Positions 1 to 11,305 of a stretch of 64,000 nucleotides of DNA are shown one piece after another. Each line of letters begins with the position of its first letter. Within the stretch, counting starts at the first letter, position 1. The notes beneath the pieces were generated by a model, which saw nothing but the letters and a program-made list of their open reading frames with translations, was not told the origin of the DNA and made no database searches. The position numbers were made by a program, and so were the translations under genes. The stretch is from Paramoeba atlantica (lineage: Eukaryota; Protista; Discosea): the NCBI GenBank assembly GCA_977017575.1, contig CDRNVI010000196.1, forward strand, positions 2,538 to 66,537. Reading direction: 5' to 3'.

Positions 1-414
1 TGTATTGAAACAAAATGTGCACAACCAGAGCAAAAACATACATTCCGAAATACATTCTTTGGTTCCTTTCTTCCCTCTCTCTTTTTCTCCTTTTTTTTTT
101 TTTTCAATTTCTCATTTTTGTTTTAAAAAAAAAGCTTTTCTTCTTGTCTTTGTTCTTGTGGTGATTGGGATTCTCCTTTATGGTTTTTTTTTACTTTCTT
201 TCTCTCCATATTTCTTTCTCTCCACATATTCTTTCTCTCCATATTTCTTTCTCTCCATATTTCTTTCTCTCCATATTTCTTTCTCTCCACATATTCTTTC
301 TCTCCACATATTCTTTCTCTCCACATATTCTTTCTCTCCACATTTTCTTTCACCACATTTCATTTCTCTCCACATTTCATTTCTCCAGACCAAAAAACTA
401 AATCATAAAAATCT

Positions 415-446
<32 letters not shown>

Positions 447-559
447 AAATAGCAAATTACTATGGAATTCCAAATTTCCTTCTTCAAATTCGAGCCACCC
501 AAAATGAATATCGAAATGCACTATCTTCCCCAGAAACTGTTTTAGGAGAAGAAGAATAA
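1..559 (+). CDS. 3' end of a single-pass membrane protein (3 exons visible, 5' part outside the window)
   Basis: Spliced at GT-AG sites (about 1-61, 134-181, 452-559) it reads CIETKCAQPEQKHTFRNTFFAFLLVFVLVVIGILLYANYYGIPNFLLQIRATQNEYRNALSSPETVLGEEE*. One hydrophobic TM segment, then a short tail. Family not identified. Confidence 0.6.
195..375. repeat. Intronic minisatellite, about 10 copies of a 16-17 bp unit
   Basis: Units ctctccatatttcttt and ctctccacatattcttt alternate in tandem. Confidence 0.85.
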
Positions 560-845
560 AATGATTGTTTTCAAAAATAAAATTTTTTGTTTTCTTTCTT
601 TTTGTTTTGTTGCGAAATTTTTGTTTTTTGTTGTTGGGGTCTTCTCTTTTGCCAAAATCTTCTCTCTCTCTCTCTCTCTCTCTCAATTTTGAACAAAATT
701 TCAAACGTTTTTGTTTTCAAAAAAGTTTTTTTTTTTGGTTTTCCTTTTTGGTTATTTTTCGGTTTTTTTGGGGATTCGCCTTTCTTCCTCTTCTTCTCTC
801 TTCTTTTCTTCTCTTCTTTTCTCTTCTCTTTCTTTCTTTTTGAGA

Positions 846-1224
846 ATGGACATGTTCGATTTGGAAGCAAGTCACAAAGATATTAAATTTGAGGGAGATG
901 GGAAGCTCAAAATTTCCTTTCCCATGGGTCCTGCCAATCTTTATTTCTCTCCTCTCTTCTCTCCTTCTGAGGTTTTGAAAAAGAAAAAGAAAAGGAAAAG
1001 GAAATGAGAAAGAAAAGGAAAAGAAAAGGAAAAGGAAAGAAAAGAAATGAAAAAGGAAAGAGAAAGAAAAAGGGGAAAGAAAGAAAAAAGAGTAGAAAGA
1101 GAGAGAGAGAGAGAGACAAGTCATAACTTTTATCACAAAAAAAAGGGGTGTGGAAATGAGTCTTTTTCTTTCACAATCCAGCACAACAATTGCGTTGTTG
1201 TAGGTAATTTGGTTTTTTTTCTTC

Positions 1225-1257
<33 letters not shown>

Positions 1258-1493
1258 TCTCTCTCTCTCTTTCTTTCTCTCTCTCTCTCTCCTCTCCTCT
1301 CTCTCTCTCTTCTCTCTCTTTTGATCTCAGCTTTTGATTTGTTTTTCTTTATTTTGAAAAATGTTTGGAAGAGAGAATGGTTGTGGAGTACTCCAGAGAG
1401 TACTTCTCTTCCTTTCTTCTCTTCCTCTCTTTCTGTCATTGAATCGAGTTTTGCGGATCTCTCTCCAGAAAAGAGATACTTCCTTCTCTCTCT

Positions 1494-1525
<32 letters not shown>

Positions 1526-2377
1526 TCTCTCTCTTCTCTAATCTTCTTTCATTCCAGGAGCAGTACCAAAATCTTATCTATCAGAGAAGAGATACCTCTT
1601 CAAAGAATCGAGAGTGGCGATGAAGTCTTCTTGTATTGCGGGAGGGAGAGATGATATTCTCTTTTTTGATTCTGAGAAGAGAGAGTCTTTGAACCATGTT
1701 TCTGTTTTTGTTGATAGTGTTGCACAGTTAATTCTCTTTTTCATTCTCTCTCTTTCTCTCTTTCTCTCTCTTTTTCCTCTGTTCTTTTCTGTGAGAGTGG
1801 CAATGAAGTGCTCTTGTATTGCTGTTTCTTTTTCTCTGATTTGGGTTGAGAGGAAGAGGAAGAGTGAAAAGGAATTTCAAAATTTTTATTTTAATTTCAA
1901 AGAAAAGAGATTTTCCCTTTTTCTTTTGTATTCTCTTTTTGATTTTGTTTTTTGGGTGACAGAACTCTTGAATTTATTGTCAATGGAGAGACTATTGGAA
2001 CAACTTCTTATCAAGGTGATTATTTTAAAATTTGAAAAAGAAAAGGAAAGAGAAGAAAAATATTTTTGTAATTAGAAAAAGAAAATTTCTCAATTTCTTT
2101 TTTTTTCTTCTTCTCATACCTTTCAAATTATACTGAATGATTTTATTTCTCTTTATTGATTTTATTTTATTTATTTATTTATTTATTTTTCTTATTTTAG
2201 GACAATTCAAAGAAGGATTCAAAGTTGGAATTTGTGGTAACTGGCTCACTGAAGTTGAAATAGTAATTTCTCTCTCTCTTTTTTTCTTTTCTTATTTTTT
2301 TTTGTGAATAATCTTATTGGAAAATAGGAACCGAATTTGTGTCCCAATGTCAAACCTGCGAAAAGAGATTGAATTAA
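846..2377 (+). CDS. SPRY/B30.2-like domain protein (about 6 exons)
   Basis: Spliced product MDMFDLEASHKDIKFEGDGKLKISFPMGPANLYFSPLFSPSE|GCGNESFSFTIQHNNCVVVG|AVPKSYL...HVSVFVDSVAQ|TLEFIVNGETIGTTSYQG|QFKEGFKVGICGNWLTEVEI|GTEFVSQCQTCEKRLN*. The pattern V-x-V-D...TLEF-x-x-NG resembles SPRY beta-strands. The start codon is tentative. Confidence 0.5.
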
Positions 2378-2640
2378 AATATTGAGAAAAAACCTTTTTT
2401 TTTTGTGAAAACAACTCTTTCTTTTGTAACATAAAAATGTGACCAAAAAAAAAAGGAAAAAAGATTTGGATAATTTTCATTAAAAATAATTTTTTATTAT
2501 TGATTAATTAATTTCAGAAGGAAAAAAAATAGAATAAAATCAAAAAAAAAGATTCTTTTCTCTTTTTCCTTTTCTCATTCTCTTTTTCCTTTCTCTTTCT
2601 CTTTTTCCCTTTCTCTTTTCCCTTTCTCTTTTTCCCTTTT

Positions 2641-2894
2641 CTAATATGGAACACGAGAGGGAGGAGAAAGAATCACTTTACTTTGAGGGAAAAAAGTCGC
2701 CCAAATCAAATAAATAAGAAGAGAGAGAGAGAGAATAAGAAAGGTTGTTGGGAGGAGAGAGGGAGAAGAAGAAGAAGAAGAGAAGAGAGGGTGTGTGAGT
2801 TTGGAGGTGTAGAGAGATTTTTGGATTTCTCGGAGTTGTTGGTTTTCTTTGAGTGATTTTTCGTACTGGAAAAAGAAAATGAAATTTAGTAATG

Positions 2895-2931
<37 letters not shown>

Positions 2932-5900
2932 GTTGGAAAAAAATTGCAGAAAAGAAAAATTTTCATAAATAAAAAATAAAAAAAAAATAAAAATAAAAAA
3001 TAAAAAAAATAAAAAAATAAATACCTTAACTAACAAATATTGATAATCAACATTCTCTTCCTCTTCTCTCTTCCTCTCTCTCTTTATCTCTCTCTCCATC
3101 TCTCCTCTCTCCCCCTCTCTCTCTTTCCTCTCTCTCTCCCTCTCCTTCTCTCTCTCTTCTCTCTCTCTCTCCCTCTCTTTCAATAAAAATTCATTCTCTC
3201 TCTTTTCTCTTCTTATCTCTTCCTCCAATTTCTCTCTCTCTTCTATCATTTCTCTCTTTCTCTCTTCCCATTTCTCTCTCTCTCTCTCTCTCCCTTCCTG
3301 AGCAACTCTGAGAACTGTTTCTACTTCTCTCTTATCTCTCTCTTCTCTATCTCTCTCTATTCCTCTCTCTCCTTTCTCTCTCTCTTTCTCAAAAATCCAA
3401 TCTAATTTCTTTCTCTCCATCTCTTCTTGTTGTTCTCTTCTCTCTGTTTCTCTCTCTCTTTCTAATTTACTTAACATTTCCTTTAATTCTCTCGATTTCT
3501 CTCTTAAATCTTCTTTTATTCTCTCTTCTCCTCCTTTCTCTTTCTCTCTCTCTTCTCTTCTTCTTTTCTTCTCTTCTTCTTGTAGTTTTTCTCTTTCTTG
3601 AAGAAGTTGAATTTCATTTAAAAGTTCTTCTTCTCTTCTCTTCTTCTCTTCTTCTCTTCTTTGTCTCTCTTTGTCTCTCTCTTCTCTCTCTCTTTCTAAT
3701 TCTCTCTCTGTTTCTTCTCTCCTTTCTTTTTCTTCTTGAGCTCGTTTCTCTTCTCTTCTCTTCTCTTCTTCTCTCTTCTCTCTTTCTATTTGCGCTTCTC
3801 TTCTCTCTTTCTCCAATTCTCCTCTCACTTCTCCAATCTCTTTCTCTTTCTCTCTTCTCTCCATCTCTCTCTCTCCTCTCTCTTTCTCTCTCCCTCTCTT
3901 TCTTTCTTCCTCTCTCTCTTTCTCTTGTTCCTCTCTCTCTCTTGTCTCTCTCTCTATTCTGTGGAGTTCATCCACAAGTTTCTTAACCTTCTCATCTCTC
4001 TCTCCTCTCTCTCTCTCTCTCATCCTCTCTCTCTCTTCTTCAATTTTTCTCCTCTCTTCTTCAATTTCTCTCTCTTTCTCTCTCTTCTCTTCTTCAATTC
4101 TCTCTCTCTCTTCTTGTGTCTTTCTCATCTCTTCTTCTACTCTCCCTTTCTCTTCTTCCATTCTCTCTTTCTCTCCTTTCATTCTCTCTTTCTCTTCCTC
4201 CATTCCTTTCTGAATCCTTTCAATTTCTCCTCTCTCTCTCTCCCTCTCTCCCTCTCTTCTCTTCTTCTCTTCTTCCATCTCTTTCTTCTCCTCTTCTACC
4301 TTCTTTACTTCTTCTTCTTTCTCTTTCTTCTCTCCTTCTAATTTCTCTCTCTCCTCTCTCAAGATCCTCTTCTCTTCTTCTCTCTCTTTCTCTTTCTCTC
4401 TCTCCTCTGACAAAATTCTCTCTCTCTCCTCTTTCAATCTTATTTCTTTCTCTTTAATCTCTTTTCTGAGTCTCTCTCTCTCTTCATCGATTTCTTTTCT
4501 CTCTTCTTCTCTTCTCTCTCTCTCTTCTCCTCTTTCAACTTGGCTCTCTCTCTTCTCTTCTGCAATTCTATTTCTCTCTTCTTCCATCTCTCTCTCTCTT
4601 TCTTCTTTCTCTTTTCGAACTTCATTCTCTCTCTCTTCTTTCTCTTTTTTCCACTCTTCCTCTCTCTTTTCTTTCTCTTCTCTCATTCTCTCTTTTTCTC
4701 TTTCTGTCTCTTTTCTTCTTTCCTCAATCTCTCTTTCTCTCTCTTCAAATTCTCTCTCTTTCACTTCTAATTCTCTCTCTCTCTCTTCTCTCATCCTATT
4801 CCTCTCTTCCACTTCTCTCTTTCTCTTTTCCTCTTCTCTCTCTCTTTCCTCCCTTTCCTCTCTCAATTTCCTCTCTTCTTCTTCACTTTCTTTCTTCTTC
4901 TCTCTCAGAATTCTCTCTTCTTCAGCAATTCCATTCTTCTCTTCTCCAACTCTCTCTCTCTCTCTCTCCATCTCTTCTCTCTCTCTCTCATATCTCTCTT
5001 TCTCTTCCTTCATTCCATCTCTTTCAATTCGTATTCCCTCTCTCTCTCTCTCTATTTCTTCCTTTTCGCTCTCTACAATCTCTCTCTCTTTCTCCACAGC
5101 CAAAATAACTTTTTGCATCTCTCCATAATCTTCTCTTCTCTCTCTCTCTTTTCTCTCTCTCTCTCTTTCTTCTTCTTTCTTCATCTCCTCTTCATCTTTT
5201 TGCAAAGACAATAATACATTTAAATAATTTTCTTGTTCTCTTCTCCTAAGCTCTCTCTCTTCTTCAATATTTCTCTCTTTTTCTTCTATCACTCTTTCTC
5301 TCTCTTCAATTTCTCTTTTCAATCCTTCATTTTCTTCCAAGAGTCGTTTTTTCTCCTTTTCCTTCTCTTCTTTCTCTCTCTCCTCTCTCTCTCCCTCTTC
5401 TTCAAAATCGAGTTGTCTTTTCGCTAACGAGGTAGGTTGTGAGAGAGATCTTTGAATAATAGGCTCTCCCGCTTCCTAGGATGGGAAGAAGAAAGTCAGA
5501 AGAGAGAAACAAGAAAGAGAAAAGAAATATATTTAAAAAATCTCTGAAAGAAAATAAAAAGAAAAAGAAAAAAAAATAATCACAAAAAAAATAAAAAAAA
5601 ATAAAAATAAAAAAATAAAAAATAAAAAATAAAAAAAAAATAAAAAAAAAATAAAAAAAATAAAAAAAATAAATAAATAAAAAATAAAAAATAAAAAATA
5701 AAAAATACATAAGTTCTTTGGCGATTAGCAGTATCAAGAAAATGTTCAGAAGCATAAAGAGGAACAATAATCTGGCAATTGAGAGGTTGTTTCTTTATAT
5801 CAACATATGCTTCTCCAATTTTGTCATCGAGTATTGTGTCTGCGTCGAAACACTGTTGTTGAAGAGAAAGGAATAGAGAAGAGAGAGAGAGAGAGAGAGA

Positions 5901-7603
5901 ATTGAGAAGAGAGAGAGAGAATTGAGAAGGAGATTGATAATAAGGATAATAAATAATAAAGAATAAAGAATAAAGAATAAAAATAAAGAATAAAGAATAA
6001 ATAAAAGAATAAATAATATAAAAAAAAGAAAGAAAAAAAGACCTGAAAATGAAGTTCAGTATCATTTTTAGAAGGATCAAGAGAAACAAGAAAATCTTGA
6101 TTAAAAATAGGATTCAAAGTTTTGTAACATGTCTATCAAAAAAAAAAGGTGTTATTTCTTTAATTTTTATTTCTTTTTTCTGGGGAGAGAGAATATCTCT
6201 TCAAAGAGAGAGAAAGAAACAAGAAAGAGGGAGAAGGAGAGAAGGAGAGAAGGTGAGAAAGGAAAAGAGAGAAAGGGAAAGAGAGAGAAGAGAGAAAGAG
6301 AAGAGAGAACCTTTGTTTTATGAACAGGATTTTTTCCTTGATCAGAAATAGTAACATAAGGATCATTTTACCACTCAAACGAGAGAACAAGGAAAGAGAG
6401 AAGAAAAGGAGAAGAGAGAGAGAGAGAGAGAGAAAAGAACCTTTGTTTTATGAACAGGATTTTTTCCTTGATAAGAAATAGTAACATGAGGATCACTTTT
6501 ACCATTCAAATGAGAGGATAAAGAAAGAGAGAAGAGAGAGAGGGAGAGAGGGAGAGAGGGAGAGAGGGAGAGAGGGAGAGAGGAGAAGGAGAGAGAGAGA
6601 GAGAAGAGAGAAGAGAGAAGAGAGAGAAAGAGAGAAGAGAAGAAAACCTTTGTTTTATGAACAGGATTTTTTCCTTGATAAGAAATAGTAACATAAGGAT
6701 CACTTTTACCATTCAAATCCATTGCTGCAAGATTGGATCCTTTTACAATATATAAAGCGTAATGGTTGCATTGCTCTGTTTCCATTTTTTCTGTTTTAAA
6801 AATAATTAAGTAATTAATTATTTTTAAAAAGAATTAATTTTTATTATTTTTATTTTTAAATACTAATTCATTTATCTTATTTCTTATTTATTGCTGCAAG
6901 ATTGGATCCTTTTACAATATATAAAGCGTATTGGTCGCATTGCTCTGTTTCCATTTTTTCTGTTTTAAAAATAATTAATATATTCAAAAAGAATTAATTT
7001 TTATTATTTTTACTTTTATATACTAATTCATTTATCTTCTTTCTTATTTATTGCTGCAAGATTGGATCCTTTTACAATATATAAAGCGTAGTGGTCGCAT
7101 TGCTCTGTTTCTATTTTTTTCTGTTTTAAAAAGAATTAAAATATTAATTATTTTTAAAAAGAATTAATTTTTATTATATTTTTTTAAATACTCATTCATT
7201 TTATCTTATTTCTTATTTATTGCTGCAAAGTTGGATCCTTTTACAATATATTAATACATATTGCTCTGTATTGCTCTGTTTCCTTTTTTTCTGTTTATTT
7301 AATTAATTAATTCATTATTTCTTTATTAATTTCTTTCATTCTTATTATTATTCTTTCTTTACAATTTTTTCTTCTTATTGATTCATGACAAGGTTTTTTT
7401 TCTTGAAAATTTACAATCTTTTCAAAACAATTTAAAAATAATTAATCATCATCAAACAATATGATATTCTTTTCACAATTTTCTTTTTTGTTTTTTTTTG
7501 TTTTTCAAAATTGAAAAAAGAAACCATAATCTTTCCCGGCTTGATCTTTCGCGACGACTGGCACCAACGCAACATAAAGAAAACCTTTTGACGACTCCGC
7601 CAT
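2641..7603 (-). CDS. C2-domain protein with a very long E/R/K coiled coil and a C-terminal TM (tail-anchored tether-like)
   Basis: Exon 1 MAESSKGFLYVALVPVVAKDQAGKDY (from 7603) splices in frame to EKMETEQCNHYALYIVKGSNLAAMDLNGKSDPYV...|NPIFNQDF...|CFDADTILDDKIGEA, which carries the Ca-binding C2 Asp pattern. Then follows the 2641-5340 E/R-rich ORF (one intron near 2880-3020) ending ...TTFLILSLSLLIYLIWATFFPQSKVILSPPSRVPY*. Confidence 0.8.
6300..6720 (-). repeat. Three copies of the 3' end of C2 exon 2 plus its splice donor
   Basis: acctttgttttatgaacaggattttttccttgat occurs near 6309, 6439 and 6646, separated by (AG)n tracts. Confidence 0.9.
6720..7300 (-). repeat. Four ~165-bp copies of the intron 3' end plus the first ~70 nt of C2 exon 2
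   Basis: ttgctgcaagattggatccttttacaatata occurs at about 6722, 6891, 7051 and 7220 (last one diverged). Only the 6722 copy continues into the rest of the exon. Confidence 0.9.
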
Positions 7604-7978
7604 TTGAAAATTAAACAAAGAAGAAGAACAACAAAGAGAAGAAAGAGAGAGAAAGAGAAAAGAGAGAGAAAGAGAGAGAAAGAAAGTTTTGAACTTCCCC
7701 AAAAAGTTTCTTCTAAAAAAACAAAAAAGGAGGTTCCAAAAACGGTCACTTTTCCGAAAACCAAAATATACTTTTTTTGGAAATTTTTGTGTCATTTTTA
7801 CTTTTTTTGGATAATTATGGTTTCTTTTCCATTTTGTGATTTACTATATTTGGATGAAGATTTTTATTTTTTGTTTTCTTTTTCTTTCTTTTTCTTTCTT
7901 TCTCTCTCTTTCTCTCTCTTTCTCTCTCTTTCTCTCTCTTTCTCTCTCTTTCTCTTTCATGATGAAAAAAGAGCTTTC

Positions 7979-9963
7979 ATGATGAGTCTTTTTTTATGGA
8001 ATTTTTTGCTCCTTTGTCTCTCGCTCTCTTTCTTTTCTTCTCTTTCTTCTTCGTCGTTGTTTGCTGAGGGCAAGAAACTCTCTTCTTCTTCTTCTCTTCC
8101 TTCTCTTCTTCGACGAGAAAGAGAAAGAGAAAGAGAAGAAGAAGAAGAAGAAGAAGGATGTAGAATAAAGCCAGAACCAAAAAGTGTAATGTATATTCGA
8201 ATTGGGAAGGCTGGTTCTTCTGCTCTTTTTTCTTGGCTTCGCAGGTTTTGTTTTTGTTTTTGTTTTTTTGTTTTTTTTTGTTTTTTTTTGTTTTTTGTTT
8301 TGTTTTTTGTTTTTCCTTTTTTTTTTTCTTTTCTTCTTTCTTCTCTTTTTTGAAATTCTCTTCTCTCTTCTCCCTCTCTCTTCTCCCTCTCTCTTCTCTT
8401 CTCTTCCCCTCTCTCTCTTCTCTCTCTTCCAGAACTCAATTCTCGAGTTCTCTCCTCGTCGGAAGAGGACAAGACGCAGAAAAAGTCCTCAATTTCGAAC
8501 AAGAAAACCAATTCATCCAAGATCTTTTCAAAAAGAGAAATTTGAAAAGAGAGGAGAAAGAGAGAAGGAGAGAGAGAAGAGAGGGAGGGAGAAGAGAGAG
8601 GAGGTTTGATGGAGAGGGGGAGGAGGAGGATCGCCCTGTTATTTATGGGGGGGTTCATTCTTTTTATTTGAATTTTACTCGCCATTCTTTGGAACAGGTT
8701 TTTCTTTTTTTCTTTTTTTTTTGTAGATTTAAGAATTATTTTAGAGAAAGGAGAGAGAGAGAGAGAAGAGAAGAAAGAGATTTTAGTAAAAAAAAAAATG
8801 GATTATTAATTATTAATTATTAATTATTAATTATTTTGATTTAATAATTATTTTGATTTAATAATTATTTTGATTTATTAATTATTTTGATTTAATAATT
8901 ATTTTGATTTAATAATTATTCTAATTTATTCTCAACAAAACAACAACAATAGCCGAGTATGTTTACAATGATGAGAAAACCAGATATTCGATATGTTTCG
9001 CAATATGAATTTTGGAGAACTCTCAAATAGAGAGATAGAGATGAGAAGAGAAAGGGAGAAAGAGATTTGAGTAAAAAAAAAACAATGAATTATTAATTAT
9101 TAACAATTTTGATTTAATAATTATTTTGATTTATTAATTATTTTGATTTAATAATTATTTTAATTTAATTTATTCTCAACAAAACAACAACAATAGCCGA
9201 GTATGTTTACAATGATGAGAAAACCAGATATTCGATATGTTTCGCAATATGAATTTTGGAGAACTCTTGAAGATGATTTTGGGAAAAGTGTTCAAAATGA
9301 AGGACATTCTCTTGAACAATGTCTTCTTCCGGAAAATCAGCGAGGTTTTTTTTTCTTCTTCTTTTTCTTCTCTTTTTCTTTCTTTTTCTCTTTTCTTTTC
9401 CTATTTCGTTTTGAATATATTTTTTTTTCTCTTTCACCAAACAATATCATCTATAAAATTCTGATTTTAATAATAATTTTACAAGAATTAATTTTTTTGG
9501 AGATGCTCACCAAATTACCAAACATCATATTTATGTGGACATGGGGCTCCCTGTGTTCAACTAATTTAAAATTAAAAAATTTCTTATTTTACATCAAATA
9601 TTTTCTAATTATTTTTTATTTTTTTTATTTATTTATTAATATATTTAAAATTAACAATTTTATTTGACTAGAAATACCACTGGGATGTCCACTCCCAAAT
9701 TATCAAACATCATATTTATGTGGACATGGGGCTCCCTGTGTTCAACTAATTTTATACTAAAAAATTGATAATTTTACATTAAATATTTTCTAATTATTTT
9801 GATTATTTATTTATTTATTTTATATTAACAATTTTATTTACTAGAAATACCGCTGGGATGTCCACCACCAAATTATCAAACATCATATTTATGTGGACAT
9901 GGGCTTCCCTGTGTTCAACTAATTTTATACTAAAAAATTGCATTAAAATATTTTCTAATTTTT

Positions 9964-10048
<85 letters not shown>

Positions 10049-11148
10049 TTTGTTAACAATTTTATTTACTAGAAATACCACTGGGATGTCCACCACCAAA
10101 TTATCAAACATCATATTTATGTGGACATGGGGCTCCCTGTGTTCAACCTCCTGATGAACCAACTTTCTTGCAAGCCAAACGCCATTTACGTTCATTCTTT
10201 TTTCTCTTTCTTTCTTTCTTTTTTTTTCTTTCTTTCTTTTTCTTTCTTTTTTCTCTTTCTTTTCTTTTCCTCCTTTTCTTTCTTTTTCTCTTCTGAAAAA
10301 GACTCAGTTTTTCAAAAAAAGGATCATTAGATGTTGTAGGAGTTGTTGAGAAATTTCTTGGAATGCAATCTCTTCTGATATCTCGTTATCCATCTTATTT
10401 TCAGTTCTTTTTTTCTTTTCCTTTCTTTACTCCTTTTTCTTTGAATCAATTTTTGATTTATTTTTAGATCGATCTTGAAAGCAGTTTTCGCAAACAAAAC
10501 AAAGAAAAAGGTCTTTTTTTTTTGATTTTTTTCAAGATAATTTAAATCAATTTATGATTTCAAAATAATCAAAAAATTTCTTGTCTTTTGATATCAAAAA
10601 ATAATATCTTTTGATATCAAATAAAATTTATCAAATAAATTTAAAAATGAACTCTTTCAAAATAGGGACTTCGTGAGCTGTTGAATGAGACAATTTGGGA
10701 GCAAATTAACAACAATCATTATTATGACAATGTTCTTTATCAAATGGCAATCGAAAAAATGAATTCTTTGGCAGGTTTTTTTTTCTTTTTATTTTTTGAG
10801 GAAAATATTATTTAAAGAGAAGAAGAAAAGAGAAAAAGTAAAAATGAAAAAAGAATAAAATTATTAGTAATTTAGAAAAATTAATTTTGTTCTTTTTCAG
10901 AAAAATGTAATTTGAATTTTGAGCAAATAGAGAAAGACAATGCAGAAAAAAAGAAACCATCTATCCAATTTTATAAAAATAGTGGTCAAAAAGAAAGAAT
11001 CAGAATGAGAGATGAACGTCGAAAACAGTTTCGGGAAAGAAAAGAAAGGAGAGAAAGAAAGGGAGAAAAGAGAGATGTGGAGAATGAATTTTCTCGAAAT
11101 TTGAGGAGGAGAATAGAGAGTCATTATTCTCGAGAGAGGAAAAAATGA
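7979..11148 (+). CDS. Golgi-type sulfotransferase, heparan sulfate 2-O-/uronyl-2-sulfotransferase-like (Sulfotransfer_2)
   Basis: N-terminal hydrophobic anchor MMSLFLWNFLLLCLSL. 5'-PAPS-like loop YIRIGKAGSSAL (cf. YNRVPKTASTS). 3'-PAPS-like MMRKPDIRYVSQYEFWR (cf. RDPxxRxxSxYxF). Also YLCGHGAPC...FLQAKRHL|HVVGVVE and YDNVLYQMA. Confidence 0.8.
8790..9270 (+). repeat. Duplicated splice acceptor plus exon start inside the sulfotransferase gene, preceded by ~20-bp ttattttgattta(a/t)taa repeats
   Basis: ctcaacaaaacaacaacaatag|ccgagtatgtttacaatg...gagaactct occurs at about 8931 and 9176. The first copy breaks off; the second continues the exon. Confidence 0.9.
9490..10150 (+). repeat. Four copies of an acceptor plus exon start (CGHGAPCVQ exon) of the sulfotransferase, with a (TTTA)n tract
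   Basis: caaacatcatatttatgtggacatgggg occurs at about 9519, 9703, 9877 and 10106. Only the last copy continues in frame (PPDEPTFLQAK). Confidence 0.9.
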
Positions 11149-11305
11149 GATGAAAAGAGAGGAGAGGAATGAAGAAAGAGAGAGAGAAAGTTTTAAAAAT
11201 ATTTGTTTAATTTATTTAATTTTTAAAAAACAAGAATAAAATGTTATCACAAAAAAAAATCTCTCCTTTTTTAATTATTATTTTCTTATTATTTCTTTAT
11301 TATTT

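Noticed and set aside
1780-1830. Short intronic echo (agagtggcaatgaagtgctcttgtattgc) of an SPRY exon segment at about 1610
   Set aside because: Only about 30 bp and not spanning a splice site, so too weak to count with the other duplications.
9490-10150. Repeat-spacer-like array resembling CRISPR
   Set aside because: The repeats are copies of a coding exon start with its acceptor, about 90 bp long, in a eukaryotic intron; no cas genes are present.
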